Source: Laetmonice hystrix (lineage: Eukaryota). Taken from it: a stretch of DNA of 64,000 nucleotides. This document shows positions 39,151-50,659 of the stretch, piece after piece. Location of the stretch: positions 39,868,001 to 39,932,000 of the forward strand of contig OZ249436.1 of assembly GCA_965235115.1 (NCBI GenBank). Direction: 5' to 3'. A model generated the notes under the pieces. That model made no database searches. It worked only from the letters and a program-made list of their open reading frames with translations, and was not told the DNA's origin. The position numbers were made by a program, and so were the translations under genes. Numbering within the stretch: position 1 is the first letter of the stretch; every line of letters begins with the position of its first letter.

Positions 39151-41676
39151 TTAGGGGGCCTCGACTTTTAGAGAAATGCAATACATGTACATTGAGTTAA
39201 AAAATGAGTTGTTTGGTGAAGGTGTAGGAATTTGATCAAATCTTCATATAGGCTATACAAGTATAGGAGCTTATACTTGCGCTAGAGGAGTAATTTACCT
39301 CGGGTAGGCCTAAGCGCGTTCACGCCTGGCGCGCTCCCGTTATAGCGGGTTATTTGCCGGCAGATTTCCCTAACTGTGAACACGGCCCTAGTGTAATAGT
39401 TGACCTGGAGATTAACGGATTCGTAGGATTAAGCAAACACTGTTGTAACAGCTAACTGATCATTGTCAGAATAGATAAGACATCTGCCCACCGTAGGCCT
39501 AAAGTTGCCAGAGATCGAATGTTTTAAATTCTGGGCTCTGATGGCGCCATCTGGTGTTAGCACAGCGCCACTTGCAAGATAAGTGAAAGTGGGGACAAGC
39601 AACTCAGAGCCAGCTAGATCTTTCCTTCCGAATGGACAATTTATGATAGAAATATCATTATTAGGTCTATGTCGCCCCCCCCCCCAATTCGGTCGCCGTT
39701 AAAATAACAATAGGCAAAGAAGAGTTCTATTTTCTGGGCACCGTTGGCGCTTTAGTGGAATAGCAATAGGCATACTATTCGCTAGGTGTCGGAAAGAGGT
39801 TCTGTGATTAATCAATGGAGGTGGTCTTGGGAGAGGAACGAATACGAGGATGTAAACTAAGGGACTATCTTACGAAATGTGAACAGATAATGATACTGTC
39901 CTTGCTGGACGAAGTGGTCCTTAAATTACACGGAGGAAGTCGTGGCCCGTCTGAGCTCTGACATGCACTGAAATGATGCACGTGCCGTCTGCACACATCC
40001 AGGAGCTCGGACGTGCTAACAAAGGACCCGACACATTCCAAGGTTTCCTGGCGAGCTCTGATCACCGCAATCGGCCGGCGTCTGGTGAGAATCTATCACC
40101 ATTAGGTTTCCGCAATCGAAGCACATTTGTGGTCCAGCTTGAAAGGGAACCCACCAAGAGTGTTTGCCCTGAAGCTTTGATTGGACCCGGAAAATGGTCT
40201 GCATTTTTTTAGGGCAACGCCAGTTGATGGCCACGGGTGGTAGAAGGTTAGCCGCTGTGAGCGACCAAGGAATTCAGCTGCCGAATGGTTTGACGAATTG
40301 GTAATCTGTTTTTTTAAATCCTTGCACTCCGCACTTCCTGCTGTTCCTGTCGTATTAGAAAGCATGTGATTGTATCGATAGGCCTACTACTGCATAAAAA
40401 ATGATGGGTTGTTAACCGTATTGCGTACTCAAAAGGATTGAGGCCTAGCCTACCCATCGCACAGATTATAATTACCCGTGGAAGCTAATGCGGAAGCCAT
40501 AAGGTGAGGTGTAAAAATGTGCTCTTCTCATATCTGACAGTGTAATTAAAGAAACTATATTCAGAGTCGCCGATTGCTCAGCCCACGCATGTTGGCTGAG
40601 CCGATTGACGTCACAGACAGAGAAGACCCTGCATATTGTCACTGCGTAGTAGAGAAATGGGATTCCGAAATTACGAAAAGGAAGCGAACATATGTTGACA
40701 GTGCCATGATAAATGATAGCATACCAGACAAAGGTTGTAGGCGATCGGGTCGTCGATATCATGAGAACATAGGTCAGGCAGAAGTTTATTGCGATAATGA
40801 CAATCAACTGCACACCCACAGATGGGTGTCAGCGGATGCGGGAATTTTTAATTTGACATAATGAGGCCATCTCAAATTTCATTAGAAGACCTACATGGCA
40901 GGTAAACTATAAGGTTCCCCATTGTTTGCTTTCAAATTGTAGGGGTAGTATTTTCTGCAAATTTATCCAAGTGACGAAAGGTAGAATATAGCTGTAGGCT
41001 ACCTACATCAGATCTAAGTTACAAGCTTGTAGATGTCACTTGCACAGAGTGGATTCTAGTGACTATAACAAGTACAGAAGACCACAGCTGATAACCACGT
41101 GCTTGTCTGACTGCTGCTAGAAATGTAACCACAAAAAAAATATATTCTGGGATAGGCCTACTAATCTGTGCCATAAAAAAAATCTCGCTCCCGATTTCCG
41201 CCAATTTCTTATCGTGGAAATGGGATTCCCACATTACTCCCAATCTGGTGCCGCTAGCTCCTTTAGAATTTCAATCGATTTTTTTTTCATCATTACTTTA
41301 CTGCGCACTGATGCAACGAAAATTGTCTCAACTGCGAAAAATGTCTCAAATAGTACAAAAAATATCTTAAAATCTCGGGTTGAAACATTTTTCGTGCACT
41401 CGATACGACAAAATTTGTTCAAAGTTTGTAAGTGGGACATTTTTTTTGTCCATGCCAGATTGTGTCAAGATTGATGATTTCTAGGTCACGTGTTTCTGTG
41501 AATATAGGTCAAATCACTTATCCTCTACTCCGCCCTGAGCATCCCCCATAGACGTCTGAGGTCAAATTCATCGTAAAAGTGACACGGTTTATCAAGGTCG
41601 ATTCTATGTTGTGATTCTTTTTTCCCCAGGACCTTCCTAGACTGAATACTGACACCCTCTCTGAACCCCTAATCGC

Positions 41677-41733
41677 GAAGACGAAGAAGACGAAGAAGAG
41701 CAAGAAGAAGAGCAAGAAGGAGAAGAAGAAGAA
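41677..41733 (+). repeat. (GAA)n-like purine microsatellite
   Basis: GAAGACGAAGAAGACGAAGAAGAGCAAGAAGAAG... Confidence 0.8.
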
Positions 41734-43129
41734 AGTTGACGAAATGAGTCTGTCAGGGGGACCGGATCACCCTCTCAGGGGGGGACTATGGGTCCGGGGG
41801 AGGGGGGGGGGGGTTCTTTCGAACACCCCGAACACCCCCTGGCAACGGGTCTGATTAATCACACCATTTCTAGATCCTCCAGCACCATTCCTTAATCAGT
41901 GGCAACCAGAGTTAACTCTTGAATTGGCCCAGCGGTAAAATTTCTCCCTGTGTAATAATTAGCCGACACAAACCGGGGCCGTGACGTCGTCATGTTAACA
42001 GTAACTCCAAAACTACGATACAGAAACGTGTTGGGAGTTCGTCGAGACAAGTTGACAATGACACGTCACCGGTCAGGAAGCAGGAGACGATCGACATCCA
42101 CGTCTCGACAGCAGAACATGGTAGGTTTTATGCCATTTAGTTGTGGATGCCAACTTTAGCCTGTCAGCCTCGCCAGGATGACAATATCCAGATGCTCCAA
42201 ACTGGATGCCATTGGCACCATGCAGCGATTGAAGTAGCGAATAGCGTGATGAAAACCCACACTTTTGTCACATCCATGGATAGGTGGTGTTTCCGATATG
42301 GCAGGAATAGGATACTACAGTTTCAATTTCGGGAATGCGAAGAAACATATAGCGCCTCAAGGTATGGCGGTTCCTTGTTGTGTCTTATTTGCATTCGTGT
42401 GCAATTATACCCAAAGGTGGATTCTTTCCTTGACAGATTTTCAGCCATTTTTTATTTATAAAACTGATATTCCAAGATTTCTCGAAACCTTTCTGTTCTT
42501 CAAAGGAACACCCCAGTTGCACTATCCCCATGCACCCCATTCAGAATTTCATGTGTACAGCCTGGTCTCGGATCTTTAATCGGAGTGGATCGCGTGAACT
42601 AAACCCACCCATCAATCACTCAGTTTCCTCCGTCCCTGCTTGCAAATATGATTTATTTAGTGTTTCTATATACATGTATTATGAACCCAGCGCAGATGTT
42701 ATCAGTTGTTATGTTTTCAAGCTCTCAACTTGTTATTTCTTAATCTGAGAGAAGGTTTCTACATTAAGACGAATCCAAGCTGCCTTAAGCTGTATATCCA
42801 CTCCAGTCGTGACTCAAGTTAGGCCTCGTCATTGTTTTTTTTTTAAATTTCTAAATATTGTTATCCTAAATACAAACGGAACAGAAGGGGCCATTTGTAC
42901 TACCAGCAACTGCCATATTACGCGACAATATTAAAGGAAATCAGTCAGAAAATTGAAATAAACGCAGTCAATTCAACAAAACTTGAGTAAAAACAATTAT
43001 TTTAAGGGGTTTCTCGCATGGTGCCATGGCGCGTCCATATCGACAATATTTTTAATTAATTTATGAAGCGTTTACCTATTTGGCTAGAGACGAGAGCACG
43101 CGAATCAAAACATGCCCTTATTTGAAATA

Positions 43130-43360
43130 TGGGGGAGGGCGGGCGAGCAGTGGGAGGAAGCGCATGCGCCCAATCCCGTTGCTTAGTAACGACCGCCAAG
43201 ACCGTTAGCATGGTTAGGGCGGCAGTGTTCTAGGTTCTCAGTCCATGGGATGTATCGCCTCATTATGGCTCATAATCACCAACAGACCTAGCACAACAAT
43301 GTTATGGTTACGACAGAATATTTTATTAGTCCAGTGGGATAGATTCAAGATCAGGTAAGC
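43130..43360. promoter_or_regulatory. Promoter-like motif cluster (GC box, NRF1, CCAAT, RFX X-box) and candidate first exon
   Basis: GGGGAGGGCGGGCG (~43132), GCGCATGCGC (43160-43169), CCAAT (43170), GTTGCTTAGTAAC (43178-43190) and donor CAG|GTAAG at 43355. Confidence 0.6.
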
Positions 43361-43699
43361 TTGAAATACGCGGATTCGTAGGAGATGGGGACACCGCTTC
43401 GACAAAACTCGGCGGCCCTAGGGTGATTGATTACCTTTAAACATGCACGTTTGGTTTTGCCGATGGTTGGCGACGGCGTCCGGGAACTATAGATCTATAC
43501 GCGAATCATAGTGCTTGGCGACCGATGGCGCGAACTATCGCCAACAATAATTGCATAAATTCCCGCCCGCTAAAATTGCCATTGAATTTCAATAGCAATT
43601 TTAGTGAGCGGGACTTTATGCAACGGCCCCGACGTCGTTTGCGTTGCACACATCCAGTGCAGGCCTCGGGATTGTCCGGAACTTTCCTCTCGGACATAG

Positions 43700-44490
43700 C
43701 ACGGTCGTCGCCATGTTCGATCTTCGTTTATCACGAGAGACACAGTGGTCAAAATGGCGACCGGCCGACATACTGAAAAGGTGAAAGACAATCAGTGTCT
43801 GGCTTGGTTAAAATCAGATATCTGTTTGATACCTCTGACAGGTAGATTGGCGGTCAAATAAAATCTATTCAGGCAAATATAGATACTGCTTTAGATGTTG
43901 ACATGCCCACTGTTTTTCGTCATACGATATGCATGCCGATACGTGTGGAGAGTAGTGTCGACGCTATGACTAGATGTAGGCCTAACACTGGCCTCGCCCA
44001 GCTCGGTCTGCATATGAGCGAGTTCGGTTACCTTGAACACTTTTTCAAAACCGCAGCATCTGTGTCAGTGATAACCGCATATAATTCTTACCTTTAACGT
44101 GTAGATGGCTATCGCTGACAGCTATATTGAGCCACATGAAAAGTGAACATCGGCGCGTATGTAGAAAAACTTGGTTAGTTGCGATAGGCAAACGACAGAT
44201 TGCCCACATCGAGTGGTGACTGGGACGGATACGCTCTCTATGTCGACGCAATCTGTAAAGTCAGATATGATTTCAAAATACTGCGAAGCTGCATGTGTCG
44301 CAGCTGCTAAGAGCATTCGAGACTGCCAATCTTCGGAAATTATCCATCTTTTCCGACGAACAATCTCGCGCTGGGACAGATACCGACGATCTGTGAACTA
44401 CTTCGCACACTACGCGATTTGTGATGCGGCCGAACGCCTAATAACTGTGAAACTTCGAAACGGAAGTCGAGGTGTTCCGAATGACCCATG
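43700..44490 (+). mobile_element. Degenerate dispersed repeat with a decayed ORF start (copy 1)
   Basis: GGTCAAAATGGCGAC...AAAGGTGAAAGACAA.CAGTGTCTGGCTTG...GATACCTCTGA...AGATGTTGACAT is shared in inverted orientation with ~58740-58960. Downstream motif CGAGGTGTTCCGAATG is also shared. Confidence 0.65.
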
Positions 44491-44567
44491 TGTACACTTT
44501 CGCTGAATTATATCTAACCGGTTATGTAACACATGCTTTTAACTAAAGGGAGGCAGGCTGGGAATAT

Positions 44568-44909
44568 ATGGCATGATATCCGTTGCAAAATTCAATAATA
44601 AATATCTTTGTATTCAATGTTCAAAATTATATGCGATACTGAATTTATGTTTAATCCTTTTACATTTATATATGTGTGGTATAGAAATTATTTATGCTCG
44701 ATGTTACTTCCGTTTATATGCGAAAACGGAATTATGGGTAATATGATGGCCTCTGAAACGACGGCTCTGATTGGTTCGCTGCTTTTCAATATAACAGCCT
44801 CTGAAACGACATTTAAAACATTACAAACATTTATTTCACCTCGCACATAATTTTCAACCTTCAATACAAATATATTTATTATTGAATTTTGCAACGGAAA
44901 TCATGCCAT
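44568..44909. mobile_element. AT-rich MITE with ~38-bp TIRs
   Basis: TGGCATGATATCCGTTGCAAAATTCAATAATAAATAT / ATATTTATTATTGAATTTTGCAACGGAAATCATGCCA. Confidence 0.8.
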
Positions 44910-47900
44910 TATGGTAAGACGTTCCACCTGCCGTAGCTGCGAGTAGAACATTTATCGATAGAAGATTGATGTGTGATGTAGAAACCTCCGAGGTTGCAAC
45001 GTTTTCACACATAATACCCATCGATTCCGCACTCCAGGGGCCCGTTTCATAACTCGTTAAGAAAATGCGTTAATTAGTACGCGCTCGTTTATATACTAGC
45101 GCGAAGTTTAACGCATTTTGCGTAACGCCGTTTCATAACTCGTAAAATGATCGCGCGTAAAAAGATGTACGTTGGGTTCGTTAATATACGCATTCGTTAT
45201 TTAACGCTGAAAAGGCCGCTTGTGCTTGCGAAAAATATTAAATTTAGAGATCATACCAGGGCTGCGCCACCAATCACCACCTTGCGGTTCGATTGCGTAC
45301 TACAAGATTTATTAGAAGATTATCAGCTTAAGTAGGTCACAATCATCCCCAAAATGTTCTAGTGTGAAGAGGTGAGTATAATGCTTAGTAGTGCAATCTC
45401 GTACATTTCGTCAGAGGACGCGGATGTGAAAGGAGAGGAGCGTTCTTTCCAGATTAATATATTTTGTCATCAGGTTTTAGTCATGCGCCCCCAATAGTCA
45501 TCTCTGAATCTGTGTTATCATAATATTTTGATTACTCTTATTTTGTAGCGCCAACGCTTACGGGCCAAGTTTTGGTGGAAGAGGATTCACAAACACAGGG
45601 GCTCACCTCCGTTGTGCCAGGTGTGGGAACCGAGGGGTGGGGGCAAGGTGGCGATTCCCCAACTTTGTATTGGCGGGAATAATATTGTTTCGCCCCAATC
45701 TAATTAAAATTAGTTACATGTATTGGTATTCCGCGTCTATATCGGTTGTGTCAGTGCTGTCTCCGCTACATACCTATATAGTATGGAACACATGCGATAT
45801 AACTGAGATCTAATTTTAATTAGATTGAGTTTCGCCCCCTCCCTGTTATTTGCCAGTTATATTTTAATAACAGAGATATGCCACTGCCAGGAGACCAAAA
45901 ATTGATTCCAAGCATCACAATATTATGATGTCCTATTCAGTGGCAGCAGTACGGAGACAAAGTTTACTTGTTGATGCATACTTGATGAAGGCACTGCAGT
46001 GATGCGGGGGGGGGGCAGGATTTTGTAACGGGGGGTTCAGAGGTAAAATTTGCTAAAGGGGGGGGGGGGGGGTCAGCACGGTCAATTCAGATGTTCTATC
46101 GGGGAAAAAGAGACATTGGTTGAAAAGGGGGCTTTGAAACCCCCACCCCCTGGCGCTTTGCCGGGCCATGCCCCAGTCTCCCCCCCCCCTCCAATGAAAA
46201 TATGGTTCCCACGCCTATGGTCCCTATCCTAAAAGGAAACGAACCAAGCGTTGCTAAAATTTAAATACAATATATATGTGTTGGTGACACGAACTGTATG
46301 TAGTGTGTTCATTGCAAGAAATCCGAGCTCGGCGCCAAAGAGCCGGGATCATTTATGGAGGAGAAACGAGGGGTTTGCGTAGGTATATTAGTATAGGTAC
46401 TCGGACGTATGTATCTAGGACCCATGTCGTGTGCTCAGTATGTATTGTCGAGGTAATGTAAACAATAGCTGTACTCCCGTTAACCACCATCTTGGTTCTC
46501 GCCTCTCGCGCGGTCTGGGTCGGAAATGACGAAGGCGACTTGGGAGACGATCCGGAGGGTATAAATACAACCGAGCAGAAGAGTCGAGTTCTCTACCTTT
46601 GGAAGCTTCGTGGAAATCAGACTGATTCGTTCCCCACACATCGGGTGAGTTCGTTCTATGGTTGGGACTTCGTTTCAAGTATACGGTGGAACGTGGTTTG
46701 TCGACTGTTTCTTATATTTGCCTTGTGTTTGACACCTATATGCAGGTGTTATGTCTAAAACAGTTCCAGTTATTCGTCTTTCGAGGCTGTATTATAGACC
46801 GGTACCCAGTATTTATGTGTGTCTGAAATAGTCACATGCAGTGTTGCAGCACGCACAGTCGCTTCCACGTGGTCGACCTGACCTTTGTGGTTCGGGCTCG
46901 GCTAGCCTACTTGAAGCTCCTGGTAGACAATTTGTGTTACGAGTTTGTAGTTATTTTAGTTCACCACACATTGAGGGCGACTGACGACGTCGGCGGTGCT
47001 ATGTTGTGTAATTTTGTGTACGTATTTGTCCCAGAATGGTAGTGGGGGTACGATAATTTCAGTTTTGTTTTACCGTGGTTTACTCCGTGTTGAGTAGGGT
47101 AATAGCGTTCGGTACCAAGGTTGAGCTTATAGGCCTACAACGGTTTGTCCTGCCACGTGGTGTATCATGGTGGGGGTAGGCTCGTAAAAGTGTGAGGTAG
47201 GCCTACATTGTCGTGGAGTTGGTGTTTTTCGCTAGTCCTCACTATGTGGGGTTGAAGGTTGATAGAAGTGATGTTGTGTCCTTCGGTGGTTTGGGACTTG
47301 ACCAGTGAACTGCTGTAACTTGACACGCCGGGTGTTCTTTAATTTATCTAGTCCCGTCTTATATAGGCGTTTACTGCTGCTCCTAATTGCAACAGTTGGT
47401 ATGGTTTTCGAAGTGCCCTCCCTAGATTATGTTAAATACAGTGTTTATCGCTTGGCGGCAATGCTTCTTGCCGTTTGCTTGGGGTGCTTTTTGGATGTGG
47501 GTATGCTGCGCTGGTATTCGAGCGGTATGTGGTGCTGTTATTCGGGTAGAAGTATTTATTTACGGTGGACAGATTAATCTGGATGTATTGGCACCAGCTT
47601 TAACCTGATAAGCTTTGGAGATGGTTTGATGAATGTAATTTTACCTGACTTGTTGGACTCTAATTTAGTGTCGCTGATAATTTTCTTTCTCTTGTAGCCA
47701 ACGAGTGGCTTATCCCTGATATTATATCTGGATCTGGACAGGTGCCCCTCACTGTTCAGTGTGGTTCATTGATGCAGTCGCATGGTAGGGGGATTTCGTC
47801 AATGTTATTTTCTATGTAGTAGTTTGGTATTCACTCCTTGTGGTTGCTTTGTTTTGAGTCTATCCATTTGTAAGTATTTGATTTTGTATTTTTGAGTTTA

Positions 47901-48180
47901 GTTGTCCCCTGAACCTTACTAGGCAGACTACCTGTCCCTCTGTTTCAGGATTTACATCATTTAATCTAATTGCCCCTGATTAATAGGCGTGTAGATTTAG
48001 CTACCACCTCATCTGAAAGTTTTTGTCGTTTAAGTATTTTGCCAATAGTTTGTAGACCCACCCCACCCCACCCTTCCTCGTGTTAGTGAGGTGTGTGTGT
48101 GTGTTGGAGGTGGGGGGGGGGGGGTGTTGTGTTTACGAATAACGGGGCTCTGCTGATGTGGGCTTAATGTGGTGTAACAT

Positions 48181-48897
48181 ACGGTGTGTGGTCCCTTCGG
48201 TTCCGCTTTCCCTTGTGGTTGTGTTAACTTGGTTGGGGGATGGGGCCGTGTTCCGTGGGGTTGACGGTGTGTGGTCCCTTCGGTTCCGCTTTCCCTTGTG
48301 GTTGTGTTAACTTGGTTGGGGGATGGGGCCGTGTTCCGTGGGGTTGACGGTGTGTGGTCCCTTCGGTTCCGCCTTCCCTTGTGGTTGTGTTAACTTGGTT
48401 GGGGGATGGGGCCGTGTTCCGTGGGGTTGACGGTGTGTGGTCCCTTCGGTTCCGCTTTCCCTTGTGGTTGTGTTAACTTGGTTGGGGGATGGGGCCGTGT
48501 TCCGTGGGGTTGACGGTGTGTGGTCCCTTCGGTTCCGCTTTCCCTTGTGGTTGTGTAACTTGGTTGGGGGATGGGGCCGTGTTCCGTGGGGTTGACGGTG
48601 TGTGGTCCTTTCGGTTCCGCCTTCCCTTGTGGTTGTGTTAACTTGGTTGGGGGATGGGGCCGTGTTCCGTGGGGTTGACGGTGTGTGGTCCCTTCGGTTC
48701 CGCCTTCCCTTGTGGTTGTGTTAACTTGGTTGGGGGATGGGGCCGTGTTCCGTGGGGTTGACGGTGTGTGGTCCCTTCGGTTCCGCCTTCCCTTGTGGTT
48801 GTGTTAACTTGGTTGGGGGTGGTGTCGTGTTTCGTGGGGTTCTGTCCTCCCTTGATAGGATTACCTTGGGGTCGACGGTGTGGTCCCTTCGGTTCCG
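48181..48897 (+). repeat. 83-bp G/T-rich tandem array (7 near-identical units, 1 diverged unit and a partial)
   Basis: Units start at 48181, 48264, 48347, 48430, 48513, 48595, 48678 and 48761 with ACGGTGTGTGGTCCCTTCGGTTCCGC. Confidence 0.95.
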
Positions 48898-49720
48898 TCA
48901 TCCCCGTTATATTAAAAGTTGTTTTACGGCAGATGTGCCTGGTTTCCGCAGGCTGCCACATCCTTTGGTGCATTGTACTTCTAGTCCCCATGATGGGTGA
49001 TCGATGGGTACCTATGTATATGGATGCGAGGGGATGTCCCCTCCGCTCTGCCTTTTTCGAGGATTAGGGCTGAATCTTTATTTTCTTGTTTTAAAGTTGT
49101 TTAAGAAGTCATTTTAGGTCGGTAGGTTGTTAGTAAGTCAGGTCACTTCTACTGTATTTTAGTGTGTACTATGTGTTTACGCTTTTTGGATCTGCCTCGC
49201 CTTCGGGCTATGGTGGGACCATCTGCACTTAAATATCTTGTTCATTAACTTTGTAAATTATCTTGTCAAATTTTCAATGTACTATTTTGTTAATTTGGTA
49301 ATATTAGGTATCTTCGATAAAATTATTAACAATGTTAGTCAGGGTTGTCACCTTAGTTAAATGTTGCCTATTTAGTTTTTACTTTGTGTTGAGGGCTATA
49401 ATTATATTATATATTTATCGTAATTTCGTCTAACTATATAATTTCAATGTTAACTATAAAGGTAATAAGTATTATCGTATTTTTGGATGATTAATTTGAT
49501 TTGTCATAATGTATAAGCGGAATTTATGCAATTTTTTGATATTGAGTTGATTGTATTTGTCATAGGGCAGTAACTATTATTCCTCTGCCAGATGTTTCTT
49601 CGGTCTTTTGTTATTTTCCATTTTAGGTGGACGACAGGCTGAGCATATGGCTTTGGTGCATGGGTCGTGGGACGTATTCTATATTTACACATTCATTTGT
49701 ACTGATAAGAGCTGATGGAA

Positions 49721-50659
49721 GGCTGAGTATGTGTCTTTGGTAGACTTTGGAGGTTTACTGATGTGGGTAAGGTCAATTTCCCGTGTTTTGAACCTGTGAT
49801 GTTGTTCGAAGGCTGAGTGTTGATTTATATTATTCAAGGTTCGGTATGGTTCAGAGGTTGTTTTGGTTTAGAGGTTCCTTTAGCTACCATCTCTATGGAA
49901 TGTGTTTCTTGTAGGTATGTGGAATACTTGCCGCGTAGAGGCTTAACCCATGTTTGTGGTTGGTCTCGGATATCAAGGCCTTTAACTTGTTCATATGATT
50001 CTGTGGTTATTATGTGTATGTGATGTGGTTATGTGGTTATTATGTGTGTGTATATACGGAGATCAGTTATCTTTTTAAGTTTTGGGAAACCTCCCGGGCC
50101 CAAGAGGTCCGTTGTGGATGTACTCCCAAGCGTGAAGCGTTTCCACGGTTTTTGACTACGACTTTCATGGTTCCTGATACGTTTGGCTGAGTATGTGTCT
50201 TCGGTTGACTTTGGAGGTTTACTGATGTGGGTAAGTCAATTCCCCGTGTTTTGAACCTGTGATGTTGTTCGAAGGGCTGAGTGTCGAATTATATTATTCA
50301 AGGTTCGGTATGGTTCAGAGGTTGTTTTGGTTTAGATGTTCCTTTAGCTACCATCTCTATGGGATGTATTTCTTGTAGGTATGTGGAATACTTGCCGCGT
50401 ATAGGCTTAACCCATGTTTGTGGTTGGTCTCGGATATCAAGGCATTTAACTTGTTCATGTGATCCTGTGGATATTATGTGTATGTGATGTGGTTATGTGG
50501 TTATTATGTGTATGTGTATATACGGAGATCAGTTATCTTTTTAAGTTTTGGGAAACCTCCCGGGCCCAAGAGATCCGATGTTGGATGTATGTTGGACTCC
50601 CAAGCGTGAACCGATTCCACGGTTCTTGACTACGACTTTCATGGTTCCTGCTACGTTTG
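49721..50659 (+). repeat. Tandem duplication of a ~465-bp unit inside the split-repeat element
   Basis: Units start GGCTGAGTATGTGTCTT at 49721 and 50186 and end CATGGTTCCTG(A/C)TACGTTTG. Confidence 0.9.

Noticed and set aside
39850..40870. Cluster of short ORFs resembling decayed coding sequence
   Set aside because: No continuous frame, no consistent splice pattern and no recognisable motif.
48181..48897. CRISPR array
   Set aside because: Units repeat in full with no unique spacers; eukaryotic context; no cas genes.
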